Positions 9,160 to 19,177 of a stretch of DNA of 64,000 nt are shown here, in pieces (positions within the stretch are counted from its first letter, which is position 1; every line of letters begins with the position of its first letter). This DNA is from a virus (Duplodnaviria > Caudoviricetes). The stretch is taken from the IMG/VR virus record IMGVR_UViG_2684623176_000004, positions 1-64,000 of that record; one strand, given 5' to 3'. The notes under the pieces are model-generated. The model ran no database searches and was not told the origin of the DNA. It saw only the letters and a list, made by a program, of their open reading frames with translations. Made by a program: the position numbers and the translations under genes.

Positions 9160-9666
9160 TTATTTTGAGTACGTCACAAATGAATAATTAAATGTGGTAT
9201 TGTTGTCTGCTTTCCTGTGATCCTTTTCAATTACTCTCCAATCATCATTTAACCTTGGAAAATATGAATCTGCCTTTGCTGCGTATGAGTCGACAATCGT
9301 TAAATAAACCTTATCAGCGTGTGGTAAGAATGCCTCGTATATAGCGCCTCCTCCAATGACCATTACCTCTTCATCTTTATCCAATTGTCCTTGTATAAGC
9401 TTTAATACATCAGCAACTGAATGATAAACAAAGGAAGAGTGATCAGGCTTGAAATCCTTGTCTCTGGTTAATATGATATTCCTTCGGTTCTGAAGTGGTT
9501 TTCCTGTAATGTTTACGATTGAATCGTATGTGAGTCTCCCCTGAATACACAACTTTCCTGTAGTAAGTCCTTTAAAACGTTTCATATCGTCAGGAATATG
9601 ATAAAGCAGATTATTCTTATGCCCAATGGCCATTGATTTGTCGCAGCAAGCAATAAGAGATAGCAT
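9160..9666 (-). CDS. dfrA: Dihydrofolate reductase
   Basis: IG..N.L.YHIPDDMKRFK, GR.T, RRNIILTR, IGGG.IY and D.YFP motifs. Confidence 0.93.
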   Translation of the reverse strand: MLSLIACCDKSMAIGHKNNLLYHIPDDMKRFKGLTTGKLCIQGRLTYDSIVNITGKPLQNRRNIILTRDKDFKPDHSSFVYHSVADVLKLIQGQLDKDEEVMVIGGGAIYEAFLPHADKVYLTIVDSYAAKADSYFPRLNDDWRVIEKDHRKADNNTTFNYSFVTYSK

Positions 9667-10505
9667 TATACTGCTACCTCAAAATAAAGCTTGTCTCCAT
9701 GCTTATAATTAATCAACTTGAAATCGTCAATTGTGAAATCATAAAAGTCCTTTACATCTGGATTAATCCATAGTTCAGGTGCTTCAAACTGCTCTCTGCC
9801 CATTTGAATTTTCAAATTGTCTATATGACGAGTGTATACGTGACAGTCTCCAATATTGAAGACATATTCACCTAGCTCATAGCCAGTAACTTGAGCAACC
9901 ATACGCTGCAATACATTATATTGGAACACATTAAAAGGATTTCCTAAGGCCATGTCATTGCTCCGTGCTCTTACCTCTAAATGAAGCTTACCTTGTTTTA
10001 CGTACCATTGCGTCTCATACACACAAGGTGTTAAGGCCATTGAGTCTAATTCATCAGGATTCCAAAGCATTGTAATATTTCTGCGTGATGATGGATTATT
10101 TTTCAACTGATGGAGAAGATAATCAACCTGGTCAACTTTCTCACCGTTTAACTCCCTGTTCTTTTTACTTAGCTGATATCCATATGCTTTGCCGATTGTA
10201 CCATCTTCTTGTTTCCATTGATCCCAGATATGGACGCCCATCTTGTTTAATTCGTTAACATTGTTTGATTTAAGCTGCCAGATCCAAAGTAATTCCTTGA
10301 TTGCTGTTTTCCAGGCGACTTTTTTAGTCGTTAAAATCGGTACTTCGGAATTATCAAAACGCATTTGCTTACTGATTACACTTAATGTATGTGCTGGTGT
10401 TCCATCAGTATCCCATTTAGTTCTGACATCGAATTCTTCGTCTGATGCCCCATTATTAATTATGTCATTTATGATTGTATTGTACTGCTTATCAAACTGA
10501 GTCAT
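9666..10505 (-). CDS. thyA: Thymidylate synthase (phi3T thyP3-type)
   Basis: ELLW, LTPC, RSND..LG.PFN and GDCHVY motifs; 279 aa. Confidence 0.97.
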   Translation of the reverse strand: MTQFDKQYNTIINDIINNGASDEEFDVRTKWDTDGTPAHTLSVISKQMRFDNSEVPILTTKKVAWKTAIKELLWIWQLKSNNVNELNKMGVHIWDQWKQEDGTIGKAYGYQLSKKNRELNGEKVDQVDYLLHQLKNNPSSRRNITMLWNPDELDSMALTPCVYETQWYVKQGKLHLEVRARSNDMALGNPFNVFQYNVLQRMVAQVTGYELGEYVFNIGDCHVYTRHIDNLKIQMGREQFEAPELWINPDVKDFYDFTIDDFKLINYKHGDKLYFEVAV

Positions 10506-10519
10506 AATTCTATTCTCCT

Positions 10520-10936
10520 TTATCTAAACCAACTGATAATAAAGTTAATCACGAAGACAATATTACCGCAAACAAAAAGCATGTACACGAACTTGTCTTG
10601 TTTATTGTTTGAGTCACCGTCCAAAACATCAAGAATTTTAAACATTGTTAAACCGGTATAAATTAAAGCAAAAGCTGTCCAAGCTAACATTAGCAAGTTG
10701 CCATGCGTAATCAGTCCAATGGTTGCCAAGGGGATAATGAACGAAATCCCCTTGAACAATGTAATGCCATACACTAAGTTCTTATTTTTCTTCAGTTCTT
10801 TATACGGTGAATTAGAAAGCATAAGTGTAACTTTAGCGTATACGTTCTGTTCTCCTCGTGTAATATGTCTAATTTCATTAATGTTCAGTGCAAATAAGTA
10901 TGCAGCAAGTAATAATGTAAAGTATGTAATCCTAAT
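10520..10936 (-). CDS. Membrane protein, probable ATT start
   Basis: Frame stays open upstream of the ATG at 10822 to an ATT just after AAGGAG; several TM segments. Confidence 0.55.
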   Translation of the reverse strand: MRITYFTLLLAAYLFALNINEIRHITRGEQNVYAKVTLMLSNSPYKELKKNKNLVYGITLFKGISFIIPLATIGLITHGNLLMLAWTAFALIYTGLTMFKILDVLDGDSNNKQDKFVYMLFVCGNIVFVINFIISWFR

Positions 10937-10976
10937 ACATCTCCTTATTTTATTTTCATTCTATAAATAATTACAC

Positions 10977-11276
10977 TTAATCAAACAACTCTCCAGCTCT
11001 TTTCATGTCTTTGATGTCTTCACTTACACTTTCTTTGATTGCGTGAGGTAGCTGGTCAATTCCTCGTTGTATTCTTTTCTGACCTGTATTTCTTATTTGT
11101 AATGTTAGTTCTTTAAAGACCTCCATTGCTTCGTCGGATATAAAATAAAACTGCTCCTGAATCTTAGCTAATAAGCTTATATATTCTTCTTCATCTTCAT
11201 TGAAAAGTTTGAGACCCTGTTGAAGGTCGTTTATTCCTTTTAGATGAGCTTTTATTTTCTCTATGTGTTTATCCAT
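10977..11276 (-). CDS. Hypothetical protein
   Basis: ORF with RBS. Confidence 0.6.
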   Translation of the reverse strand: MDKHIEKIKAHLKGINDLQQGLKLFNEDEEEYISLLAKIQEQFYFISDEAMEVFKELTLQIRNTGQKRIQRGIDQLPHAIKESVSEDIKDMKRAGELFD

Positions 11277-11535
11277 GATGGCTAATCCTTTCAACAATTT
11301 CTAAAACTTCAGCGAACTTATCTGTTAACTGTCTTCCCAGGTCTGTTGTTTGTTCCTGATCCAGTTTGTTCATTTTTTCTTTGCCATTAAGAACATCTCT
11401 CTTTTCCTCTAAAATTCCAATTTCAATTTTAATCAGTTCTCTATAAGCTTCGCTTTCTTTGGGAAGCAATCCAGAGACAACTTTTACAGCCTGTAGTTCT
11501 TTGTTTAATTTATAATAACGATAAGTATTCTCCAT
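11269..11535 (-). CDS. Hypothetical protein
   Basis: ORF with RBS. Confidence 0.6.
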   Translation of the reverse strand: MENTYRYYKLNKELQAVKVVSGLLPKESEAYRELIKIEIGILEEKRDVLNGKEKMNKLDQEQTTDLGRQLTDKFAEVLEIVERISHHG

Positions 11536-11554
11536 ATTTTTACCCCTTTTTGTT

Positions 11555-11758
11555 TTAATTTGATTCTAATAAACTCAAAAAATTAACTGCTGCAACTCTA
11601 TACCTTTGGTCTTCTTCATAAGCTGCAACTTGTTTCATATGCTCCAAAAACACATCTTCAAGCCCATGTTTTTGAATAAATCCTAAACACAGACCATTCC
11701 TGAAGAGCATGTCGTCATATTTTGCTTGCAAATCTTTATAACTGTTATTGTTTATGAT
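11555..11758 (-). CDS. ~67-aa hypothetical protein, ATC or ATA start
   Basis: AAGGAGG RBS followed by an open frame with no canonical start near the RBS. Confidence 0.5.
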   Translation of the reverse strand: MINNNSYKDLQAKYDDMLFRNGLCLGFIQKHGLEDVFLEHMKQVAAYEEDQRYRVAAVNFLSLLESN

Positions 11759-11967
11759 CTTTTTCCTCCTTATTGTTTTAGATAAAAGTCTTCTTTTATA
11801 GAGATGTACATTCCATCAACATCCCTGTTACAACGCCTTATTTCAAAACATTTTCATGAAACAACCGCTTTGTTGGGCATAATTGTTAAGTTTTTTGAGT
11901 ATTTTAAGTTGTACCCTGGCTAAGACCCTCCGCTGGACAAACATCATGATCTAAGCCAGGGCTTGTA

Positions 11968-12630
11968 TTACTTAGTTCCAGTCGATCCGTGCCCACCGCG
12001 ATCATTGTTACCTAGATGATCTACCTCAATCAATTCAACTGCAGGCATCTTCTTCATAATTCTGAACTGACAGATACGATCCCCTTTTTTAATTTCTGTA
12101 TCTCGTAAAGCATATGCAGGAAAGAACCAAAAATCATTGTCTCCCTTGTAAGACTCATCAATAACACCCATTGAGTTTGTTTCAATGATGCCAAAGTTTT
12201 TAAATGTACTTGAACGAGGAACGACATGAGCTTCATATCCTTCTGGTAGCTCCATTGCAACTCCTAACGGGATAAGTTTAAACTCATTATTTTTGATTTC
12301 TACATCTTCGGCAGCCCGGAGATCAATCCAATCACCCTGTTCAATTTTACTGATTCTCGTTTGTGTTTCGTCTAGGTATTTGATTTTGATTTGCAAATGC
12401 GGTTTTGAGTTTAAATCAAATAAATTGTGCTCCGGCTCATTAAAGAAATTGCTGTCTTTATCTTTTGAGAATTTCCCAATTAAACCATGATATTGACTAC
12501 CAAGATTAGAGCTAGTAACTTTCTGACCACGTTGGCCACACTTCCTACAAATCCAATTTATAGTGGTGCAAGATCCTCCAGCAATTCCAGATGAAGCATA
12601 TACCTTATCATGATTTTTACAGATTTTCAT
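11968..12630 (-). CDS. dut: Trimeric dUTPase (YosS-like) with a ~78-aa N-terminal extension
   Basis: [17 protein letters not shown] and RGGHGSTG motifs. An RBS is seen only upstream of 12630. Confidence 0.9.
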   Translation of the reverse strand: MKICKNHDKVYASSGIAGGSCTTINWICRKCGQRGQKVTSSNLGSQYHGLIGKFSKDKDSNFFNEPEHNLFDLNSKPHLQIKIKYLDETQTRISKIEQGDWIDLRAAEDVEIKNNEFKLIPLGVAMELPEGYEAHVVPRSSTFKNFGIIETNSMGVIDESYKGDNDFWFFPAYALRDTEIKKGDRICQFRIMKKMPAVELIEVDHLGNNDRGGHGSTGTK

Positions 12631-12661
12631 TTAATCTCTCCTTGTCTCTATATAATATCGT

Positions 12662-13171
12662 TTACTTTTCAAGATCAACTTTGTATTCCTGAGTTACAGT
12701 ATGCTTCGGTAAAAAGAAATCATATGATTTTTCCTTAAATGGCTGGTTTTCACCGAACATAATCCTTACAAATTTATTCGTATATTTATAGCTATACTTT
12801 TTCACATATGGAGTTTTATAGTCTCCTTCTTTTACTCTAGAAGCTTCTGCTTTAACTTTATGTACTGACTTAAACCCTTCCTTTTCACTTACGAAATAGA
12901 AATATTGTGTATCGTCAATGATTCCTGAACCAAGTACAAATTTGCCGCTGACATTTGAGGAGTCTTTGATTGAATATACATTTACCTCTTCTTCTAATAC
13001 TGCGTGGTTATCAAAGGGACAAAGCCACCCAATCACTCCAACACAAAAAAGTGTAACAATAGCTGCCACGATCCCACAGAAAAAAGAATAAATCAATTCC
13101 CCGTATGTATTTATCAAAACAACTATTGTTGTTATAACAAACACAATTCCAGCAAATATTAATAATCCCAT
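12662..13171 (-). CDS. Membrane-anchored hypothetical protein
   Basis: Two N-terminal TM helices; coupled to the upstream stop. Confidence 0.65.
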   Translation of the reverse strand: MGLLIFAGIVFVITTIVVLINTYGELIYSFFCGIVAAIVTLFCVGVIGWLCPFDNHAVLEEEVNVYSIKDSSNVSGKFVLGSGIIDDTQYFYFVSEKEGFKSVHKVKAEASRVKEGDYKTPYVKKYSYKYTNKFVRIMFGENQPFKEKSYDFFLPKHTVTQEYKVDLEK

Positions 13172-13419
13172 TATTGACCCCCTAAATCGTTTACCAAGGC
13201 GTCTAATTCATCAGGTTTAAATCCAATACTCCGCTTCACTTCTTCTCCTTGCTCATTAAGCAAGATAGTCACCGGTACACCCATTACTTCAAAATGCGCT
13301 GCCACTTCTGGCTTCTGTGTTACATCAACTGTCTCATATTCGACTCCTGCATCTTTTAAGTAATTGGACACCATCTTGCAGGGGATACAATTTGGTTGTT
13401 CTAATTTAATCAGTCTCAT
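13171..13419 (-). CDS. yosR: Thioredoxin/glutaredoxin-like RNR reductant (YosR-like)
   Basis: CIPC and VP motifs; follows nrdF. Confidence 0.85.
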   Translation of the reverse strand: MRLIKLEQPNCIPCKMVSNYLKDAGVEYETVDVTQKPEVAAHFEVMGVPVTILLNEQGEEVKRSIGFKPDELDALVNDLGGQ

Positions 13420-14405
13420 GAAATAACTCCTTTTTTATCGAAAATGAAATCAGAATCCTTTAATGGTTCAACAGTTGCTTTTTTGTATCCATTTCCTTTA
13501 GTTGAAAAGAAGTCATGGGATTTAGTCTTTGTGCTCAATCCATTAATAACAATTGGGTTAACGTCTTCTTCCTCGAACAGATGATCAAAGCCCAAGTTGT
13601 TTAATGCTTTATTTGCGTTGTATCTGATGAATTTCTTTACATCTGGAGCTAAACCAACCTGATCATAAACATCTTCTGTATACTCCAATTCATTTTCATA
13701 TAGCTCTTGTAGCAAGCTTAAAGCCCATTCATACATTTCTTTTTGCTTCTGAGGCGTTTGGTTCTTATATATCTCCTGTGCTAATAAACCGACGTAAACG
13801 CCGTGTATCGCCTCGTCACGGATAATCAAATTTACAATTTCCCCGCTCTGCATGAGCTTCCCTTGTCCATAAAAGTAAAGTGGATAATAAAACCCTGAAT
13901 AGAAAAGGAAACTCTCCAGAAACACAGATGCAACCATAGCTTTGAATAAGGAAATATCATCGTTTTTCTCAACTGCTTTATAAATTGAAACAATTGTTCT
14001 TGCTTTCTTTTGAAGAAACCTATTGTTTTTCACCCATTCGAAGACTTCATTGATCTTCTCAGTTGGAGCCAAAGTTAGAAAGATGTTGCTGTAAGATTTC
14101 GCATGAACAGCATTTTCCATCATGGCCATAAAGTTTAATACTGCTTTTCTTTGATGCCCTACGACGTGCTCGGCCACAATCGGCATGCCCGTGTTCCCCT
14201 GCTCTGTATCCAATAATGTGAGCCCAGCTAAAACTTTCATATAAGTGTCTTGTTCCTTTGTTCCAAGATACTTCCAAGTGAGGAGATCGCCGTTTAATGC
14301 GATCTCTTCGGGAAGCCAGAACTGCTTTACGTTTTGGTTGTAAAACATTTGGGTAAAATCATCTTCATGCTTTGACCAGTTTGCTGCGTCATAAATTTTT
14401 GTCAA
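13416..14405 (-). CDS. nrdF: Class Ib ribonucleotide reductase beta subunit, uninterrupted
   Basis: [15 protein letters not shown] and RDEAIHG motifs; TTG start after GAGGAGG. Confidence 0.96.
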   Translation of the reverse strand: MTKIYDAANWSKHEDDFTQMFYNQNVKQFWLPEEIALNGDLLTWKYLGTKEQDTYMKVLAGLTLLDTEQGNTGMPIVAEHVVGHQRKAVLNFMAMMENAVHAKSYSNIFLTLAPTEKINEVFEWVKNNRFLQKKARTIVSIYKAVEKNDDISLFKAMVASVFLESFLFYSGFYYPLYFYGQGKLMQSGEIVNLIIRDEAIHGVYVGLLAQEIYKNQTPQKQKEMYEWALSLLQELYENELEYTEDVYDQVGLAPDVKKFIRYNANKALNNLGFDHLFEEEDVNPIVINGLSTKTKSHDFFSTKGNGYKKATVEPLKDSDFIFDKKGVIS

Positions 14406-14501
14406 ATTTTTGTCCTCCTCATTCCCCAAAAGGAAAATGATTTTTTATGTAGAATACTAACAAAGTCTTATCAAAATTATGGAAAAAGGGAGAGAAGTAG
14501 T

Positions 14502-14930
14502 GTGTTTAAAAAAATTGCTGTTGGTTCTTTAGTTCTCACTTCATTAGTAGGTATAGGATTTAATGAAAATACCAGTACCGTTAAGGCTGCCGAAAAGCCG
14601 GCAATAAAACCTGTTGAACCAGTAATGAGTGTCTTACAAAAAAAGATCGACAGGTCTTTTACTATCACAGGTGACGATAGTATACATTTTGATTACTGGG
14701 GAAGTGAAGACAGAATAATTCAAGTTTACTTAAAAAACACAGGCTCTCGGACGTTTAATTACAATATTATTAGCCCAACAGGCTCTACTATTTCTAGTGG
14801 TGCATCTCTTTCTCCAGGTCAACAAATGACACTTCCATTCAGTGCTCAATATGATGGTACTTACCGGATTCGTATTTTTAATACCATTGGTGCTACTGTT
14901 CAAGGTTGGGTGAGTGTAGCTTATTATTAA
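14502..14930 (+). CDS. Secreted beta-rich protein inserted antisense between nrdE and nrdF
   Basis: Signal peptide ending VKA|A; AAGGGAG RBS. Confidence 0.75.
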   Translation: MFKKIAVGSLVLTSLVGIGFNENTSTVKAAEKPAIKPVEPVMSVLQKKIDRSFTITGDDSIHFDYWGSEDRIIQVYLKNTGSRTFNYNIISPTGSTISSGASLSPGQQMTLPFSAQYDGTYRIRIFNTIGATVQGWVSVAYY

Positions 14931-14932
14931 TT

Positions 14933-16312
14933 CTATACAACACAGGACAAACATCCCTCTTGGGTTGTATCTTTAGTTCTGGCATAATATAAAGTTTTAA
15001 TTCCACGGTGATGTGCGTAGAGATCTATTCTATTTAGGTCTCTCGTCGTCATCGTATCCTTCAAGAAAAGTGTAAATGAAATCCCTTGATCGACGTGCTG
15101 CTGTATAGTTGCAATAAGATCAACAACTTTAAACATGTCCATGTCGTATGCTTCCTTATAGAAGAACCAATTCTGAGCCGATAAACCTGGCATAGGATAA
15201 TATGTCTTACTGTTTCCGTATGTACGTTCCTCAATTCTCTCCATAATAGGCATTACACCGGCTGTAGATGATTGGACATATGAGATGCTTCCTGTAGGTG
15301 CAACAGCTTGCCTATACGAATGATACAACCCATATTTCATAACATCCTCTTTAAGCTTCATCCAATCTTCAATATTAGGAATATGTTGATCTCCAAATAG
15401 GTTCTTAACCTTCTCATATTTAGGGCTATAATCATTTGTTACGTACTTATCAAAATACTCACCTGTTTTGTAGGTCGATCCATCAAACTTGTAGTATGCC
15501 TCCCCTGTTTCTTTAGCAATTTCCATTGAACACTGCAAGGAGTAAAAGTTAACCATCATAAAGTATGTATTTGCAAAATCCTTAGCTTCTTCACTTTCAT
15601 AAGCGATTTTATTTTGAGCCAAAAAACCATGGAGATTCATCTGTCCTAGACCAATTGATCGCATTAGTGTATTTGCTCTCGCAACAGCTGGGGCATTTAC
15701 AATGTTTGTTTTCCTTGTGACAGTTGTCAGTGAGTCAATTGCTATTCTGACAGTTGAAGCAATTGATTGGTTACTCATTACGTTTACAATGTTCATGGAT
15801 CCAAGATTACATGAAATATCTAATCCAATTTCATCTTCCTGATCGTAATCTGTATAAACTGACACTTGTGATGCTTGGAGGACTTCAGAACACAAATTAG
15901 AAAACTTCACTTTTGAAATATGTTCATTTGGATGCACTTTATTTACATTGTCAGCAAACATGATATAAGGATAGCCAGATTCGCTTCTTAGAATGGCCAA
16001 TTGCTCCAACAGCTTTCGAGCATTCCCTTTTGCTTTTCTAACCCTCGGGTTTTCAACAAGCTCATCATACATTTTATTGATGTCCATCTCATCAAGATAC
16101 TGCCCATATTCTTTGTAAACTGAATGAGAATAGAACATGTAAAAGTCCTTATCTTCTCTTGCCAATTCAATGAATTTATCAGGAACAACTACACCAATGG
16201 ATAGTGTTTTAACTCGGACATCTTCATCTGCTGAGATTTTTTTGACATCTAAGAAATCGATAATATCTGGGTGAAAAACACTGAGATAAGCCGCTCCAGA
16301 CCCTTGCCTTTG
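14933..16312 (-). CDS. nrdE: Class Ib RNR alpha subunit, exon 2 (460 codons)
   Basis: Begins QRQGSGAAYL; SNLCSE, APTGS and C-terminal CLSC motifs; no intein. Confidence 0.93.
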   Translation of the reverse strand, partial: QRQGSGAAYLSVFHPDIIDFLDVKKISADEDVRVKTLSIGVVVPDKFIELAREDKDFYMFYSHSVYKEYGQYLDEMDINKMYDELVENPRVRKAKGNARKLLEQLAILRSESGYPYIMFADNVNKVHPNEHISKVKFSNLCSEVLQASQVSVYTDYDQEDEIGLDISCNLGSMNIVNVMSNQSIASTVRIAIDSLTTVTRKTNIVNAPAVARANTLMRSIGLGQMNLHGFLAQNKIAYESEEAKDFANTYFMMVNFYSLQCSMEIAKETGEAYYKFDGSTYKTGEYFDKYVTNDYSPKYEKVKNLFGDQHIPNIEDWMKLKEDVMKYGLYHSYRQAVAPTGSISYVQSSTAGVMPIMERIEERTYGNSKTYYPMPGLSAQNWFFYKEAYDMDMFKVVDLIATIQQHVDQGISFTLFLKDTMTTRDLNRIDLYAHHRGIKTLYYARTKDTTQEGCLSCVV

Positions 16313-17255
16313 CAGACCATTCAGACGTGTTCGCTAAGCACGCCCCGCCATACGGCTGCTTCATGTTACCATGAAGGTTAGACTATATCTTCACCCTCTA
16401 AGGGTGCCTCCTGTTTCGACTGCCAATAGCTTGCAGCCTACGCCTTTCGGCTAGTCGTTGCACGTTCAAGACGTTTGATCTAAGTGTTTCCACTTTTGCC
16501 GCAAACAGATTTTTTTAATGATTGTTTTACTCGCATATGTATGTATTTCAGAGAGTTCTTTAATGGACTTACCACTTTTAAAATCATTTAAAATTGACAG
16601 TGCTTGAAGTTCAGTGATTTTAGCCTTTGGGCTTTTTTCTCCAATCAAAAGCAGTCCATGTTTTAAAGCATGCTGAGCATTTCCTTTTGGTGTAACCCAC
16701 TCTAAATTTGAGAGCTTTGGATTCGCTTTGTTTCCATCAATATGATTTACATAAGGTAAATTTTCGGGATTAGGTATAAAGTTGAGCGCAACCAATCTAT
16801 GCACACGTCTACCGACTTGCTTGCCTTCCTTATATAAGATCACTTTTGCATACCCTTGACCATCAATCTTAGTCTTTAAAACAGTCTTCTTTTTCAAATT
16901 AACCACTCTACTATGATTTGTAATTCCGTACCCAGGAAAATCAGCAATTGGAGTAACTACCTCTCCCTTCAATAAAACAAAGGGAATTTGTGTTTTCCTT
17001 AGCCCCATCTTTATTACACGGTGATTAATTGCTTCTCTAGACACGCCCAATTTTTCTCCTATTTCTTTTGCAGTCATTGAACTATAATTTTCGCGAATAA
17101 AATCGTCATCAATATCTAACTTGTTATGCGGTCGTCTTGCTTCGCTCATGATTGTCCCCCTTTATATTGGCTTGTGATTGACCCAAACCATCTGAGGAGT
17201 TCCCATGAATTAAAGAGGTTTTCGATCGCCATTACTGACGAAAGGGGCCAAATCA
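16313..17255 (-). ncRNA. Group I intron (943 nt) in nrdE
   Basis: The 5' exon ends in U (QMG, GGT|) and the intron ends in G. Core R (CAACGACTA) and S (AAGATATAGTC) elements are present. Splicing restores ADQMG|QRQG and a 699-aa NrdE. Confidence 0.92.
16466..17149 (-). CDS. Intron-encoded HNH homing endonuclease (NUMOD4-like + HNH)
   Basis: VHRLVA..FIPNP...VNHIDGNK.N...NLEWVT..N motif. Confidence 0.9.
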   Translation of the reverse strand: MSEARRPHNKLDIDDDFIRENYSSMTAKEIGEKLGVSREAINHRVIKMGLRKTQIPFVLLKGEVVTPIADFPGYGITNHSRVVNLKKKTVLKTKIDGQGYAKVILYKEGKQVGRRVHRLVALNFIPNPENLPYVNHIDGNKANPKLSNLEWVTPKGNAQHALKHGLLLIGEKSPKAKITELQALSILNDFKSGKSIKELSEIHTYASKTIIKKICLRQKWKHLDQTS

Positions 17256-17975
17256 ACCCATTTGGTCTGCATATCTAAAAGCATTGTCCAATAGCTTCAT
17301 AACACCTACGACACCTTTAGTTGCATTCTCTACGTCTTTAATCGCTTCACCCTTGGCTCGTAATTTGTTTAGATTAAGCGCTACGCCACCACCCACTTTA
17401 GACAATTGCATTGAAATATCAATCGCCCGTGAAATATCATTCAAACTGTCTCCCACTTCAAGTAGGAAGCAGCTCACCATTTCTCCTCTTCGCTTACGAC
17501 CTGCATTAAGGAAAGTAGGCGTTGCCGGCTGATACTCTTGTTTCATCATAGTGTGTACTTCCTCAACAGCCTTCTCGTAATCACCGTCAGCGCAGTACAA
17601 AGCTACAATTGAGACACGATCTTCGTACCTTTCCAGGATCTTTGTTTTGTCGTTAGTCTTCAATGCATAGTCATTGTAGAACTTAAAGGCACTCATGAAA
17701 GAAGGGAACCTGAATTTGTAACTGTAAGCAATCTTATAAATCGATTTAATCTGCTCAAATGTATATTGATCCAAGAATTCTTCTTCGTAATAATCATTTT
17801 TAATCAGATAATCCAGTTTCTCTTTTAAGTCATGGAAAAAGACTGTATTTTGATTAATGTAATCAACAAAGTAACTGTGTACGGCCTCCTTATCCTTGCC
17901 AAATTGAAACTTCCCGTCTTTCTGAATCATGATTTCGTTATTGAGCTTGATCCACTTTGGTATTGTGTTTGTCAA
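17256..17975 (-). CDS. nrdE: Class Ib RNR alpha subunit, exon 1 (240 codons)
   Basis: TTG start after GGGAGG; ATPTFLNAG and SCF motifs. Confidence 0.93.
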
Positions 17976-18333
17976 TAAGTTGTACCTCCCGATTAATCTT
18001 CTGCAAGTCTTGTTTTGTTCCACTTAGTTCAAACTTTGATAACAATGGTACGTGGAACTTAGCTGAAAGCTTATCTCCAGCTAAACCATAGTTATCACCC
18101 CAAACCCTGTTACCACTCACAGCAACTCCTTTTATTTTATTTTTATTCTTAATAATAAAATTCAAAGTCCTTTCAGGTACTTCCCCAAAGCCTATCGTAT
18201 ATGTAATATGTATGAATTCTTCTTCAACAATTAAGTCATCTGTAATTTCAATGATGTCGAAGTTTAACTCCCTTTGCAGTGCTTGAGCAAATCTTTTCAC
18301 GTTACCTGTCTTGCTTTCATATGTAATAATCAA
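17938..18333 (-). CDS. nrdI: NrdI flavodoxin
   Basis: YESKTGNV, SGNRVWG and KFELSG motifs. Confidence 0.93.
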   Translation of the reverse strand: MIITYESKTGNVKRFAQALQRELNFDIIEITDDLIVEEEFIHITYTIGFGEVPERTLNFIIKNKNKIKGVAVSGNRVWGDNYGLAGDKLSAKFHVPLLSKFELSGTKQDLQKINREVQLIDKHNTKVDQAQ

Positions 18334-18680
18334 TATTCTTTATATTCCCCGTTAACTAAGCTGTTCGTTGTTGTTTCTGCTTCATTTTCAGCATGATGGA
18401 ATGCTTCAGATATTTCTAAATTGATCTCAGCCATCTCAGCATAGCCTTTGGCCATTTGAGCTTCATATTCTGATAGCTCTGTCATCGGTACTGGAATGTA
18501 GTTATCCTTCTGCTCTTGCGTGATAACCATTTGATCCCCTTCTAGATTGGTCGCAATCAGTTCTCCTTTTAAAGCAGTGTATGAACCACCATTTTTCATA
18601 TGTACTTGCGTATTTTCTTTTGCTTCATCCAAGGTTACAAAGTGACTGCGCTTAACGTATAACTGTTTAGCAGCTCCCAT
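18330..18680 (-). CDS. yosL: YosL-like protein with a MazE/AimX-like C-terminal motif
   Basis: YEAQMAKGYAEMAEINLEISE..HHAENEA; position upstream of nrdI. Confidence 0.8.
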   Translation of the reverse strand: MGAAKQLYVKRSHFVTLDEAKENTQVHMKNGGSYTALKGELIATNLEGDQMVITQEQKDNYIPVPMTELSEYEAQMAKGYAEMAEINLEISEAFHHAENEAETTTNSLVNGEYKEY

Positions 18681-18698
18681 TCCACAACTCCCTTTTCT

Positions 18699-18848
18699 TT
18701 ATTTTTTGTTTTTATCTTTGTCATGTCTTACGTCTAACTTATCCATATCATTGAGAATATGGTCAATAACAACATCATTGAACTTACCATAGACCTTATA
18801 ACCAATTAATTTGCTTCTAAGATCTCTCCACTTTCTTGCTGCACTCAT
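18699..18848 (-). CDS. 49-aa hypothetical protein
   Basis: AAGGGG RBS with ATG; MSAARKWRDL... Confidence 0.5.
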   Translation of the reverse strand: MSAARKWRDLRSKLIGYKVYGKFNDVVIDHILNDMDKLDVRHDKDKNKK

Positions 18849-18894
18849 TTTATTTCCCCTTCCTATGAAACTGTGATTTTATAGAGTTATTCTC

Positions 18895-19164
18895 TTACAG
18901 TAAATGTCCATCCATTACAACTATACCTTCTTCTCTGCCTTTTAAATGGTTTGTAATCTCATCTTTAAAGAAGAATCCTTGTTCAAATCCAGTTCTATGA
19001 ATGTAGGCTTTTACTGCATGTTCTAATGAAACTTCCTGCATTTCTTTGCTAAGATTCTCTTCGTCATCTGCAACTCCTTCAATATAAGTTTTTATTGCAT
19101 CTTCCTTTGTATTTGCCTTGATTAATGCGTAATATGGATCACTTACCTCAAAGAATTTCATCAT
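18895..19164 (-). CDS. Hypothetical protein
   Basis: ORF with AGGAG RBS. Confidence 0.6.
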   Translation of the reverse strand: MMKFFEVSDPYYALIKANTKEDAIKTYIEGVADDEENLSKEMQEVSLEHAVKAYIHRTGFEQGFFFKDEITNHLKGREEGIVVMDGHLL

Positions 19165-19177
19165 ATTTCGTCAACTC

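Noticed and set aside
13416-14405. Possible intron in nrdF, as in reference SPbeta
   Set aside because: The reading frame is continuous and of normal NrdF length
14430-14448. Junction palindrome flanking the nrdE-nrdF moron
   Set aside because: The best match has a 5-nt spacer or two mismatches, so it was not counted
14933-16165. 410-aa ORF as a separate gene, or nrdE as a pseudogene or intein carrier
   Set aside because: It is exon 2 of an intron-split nrdE, and SNLCSEV is contiguous, so there is no intein
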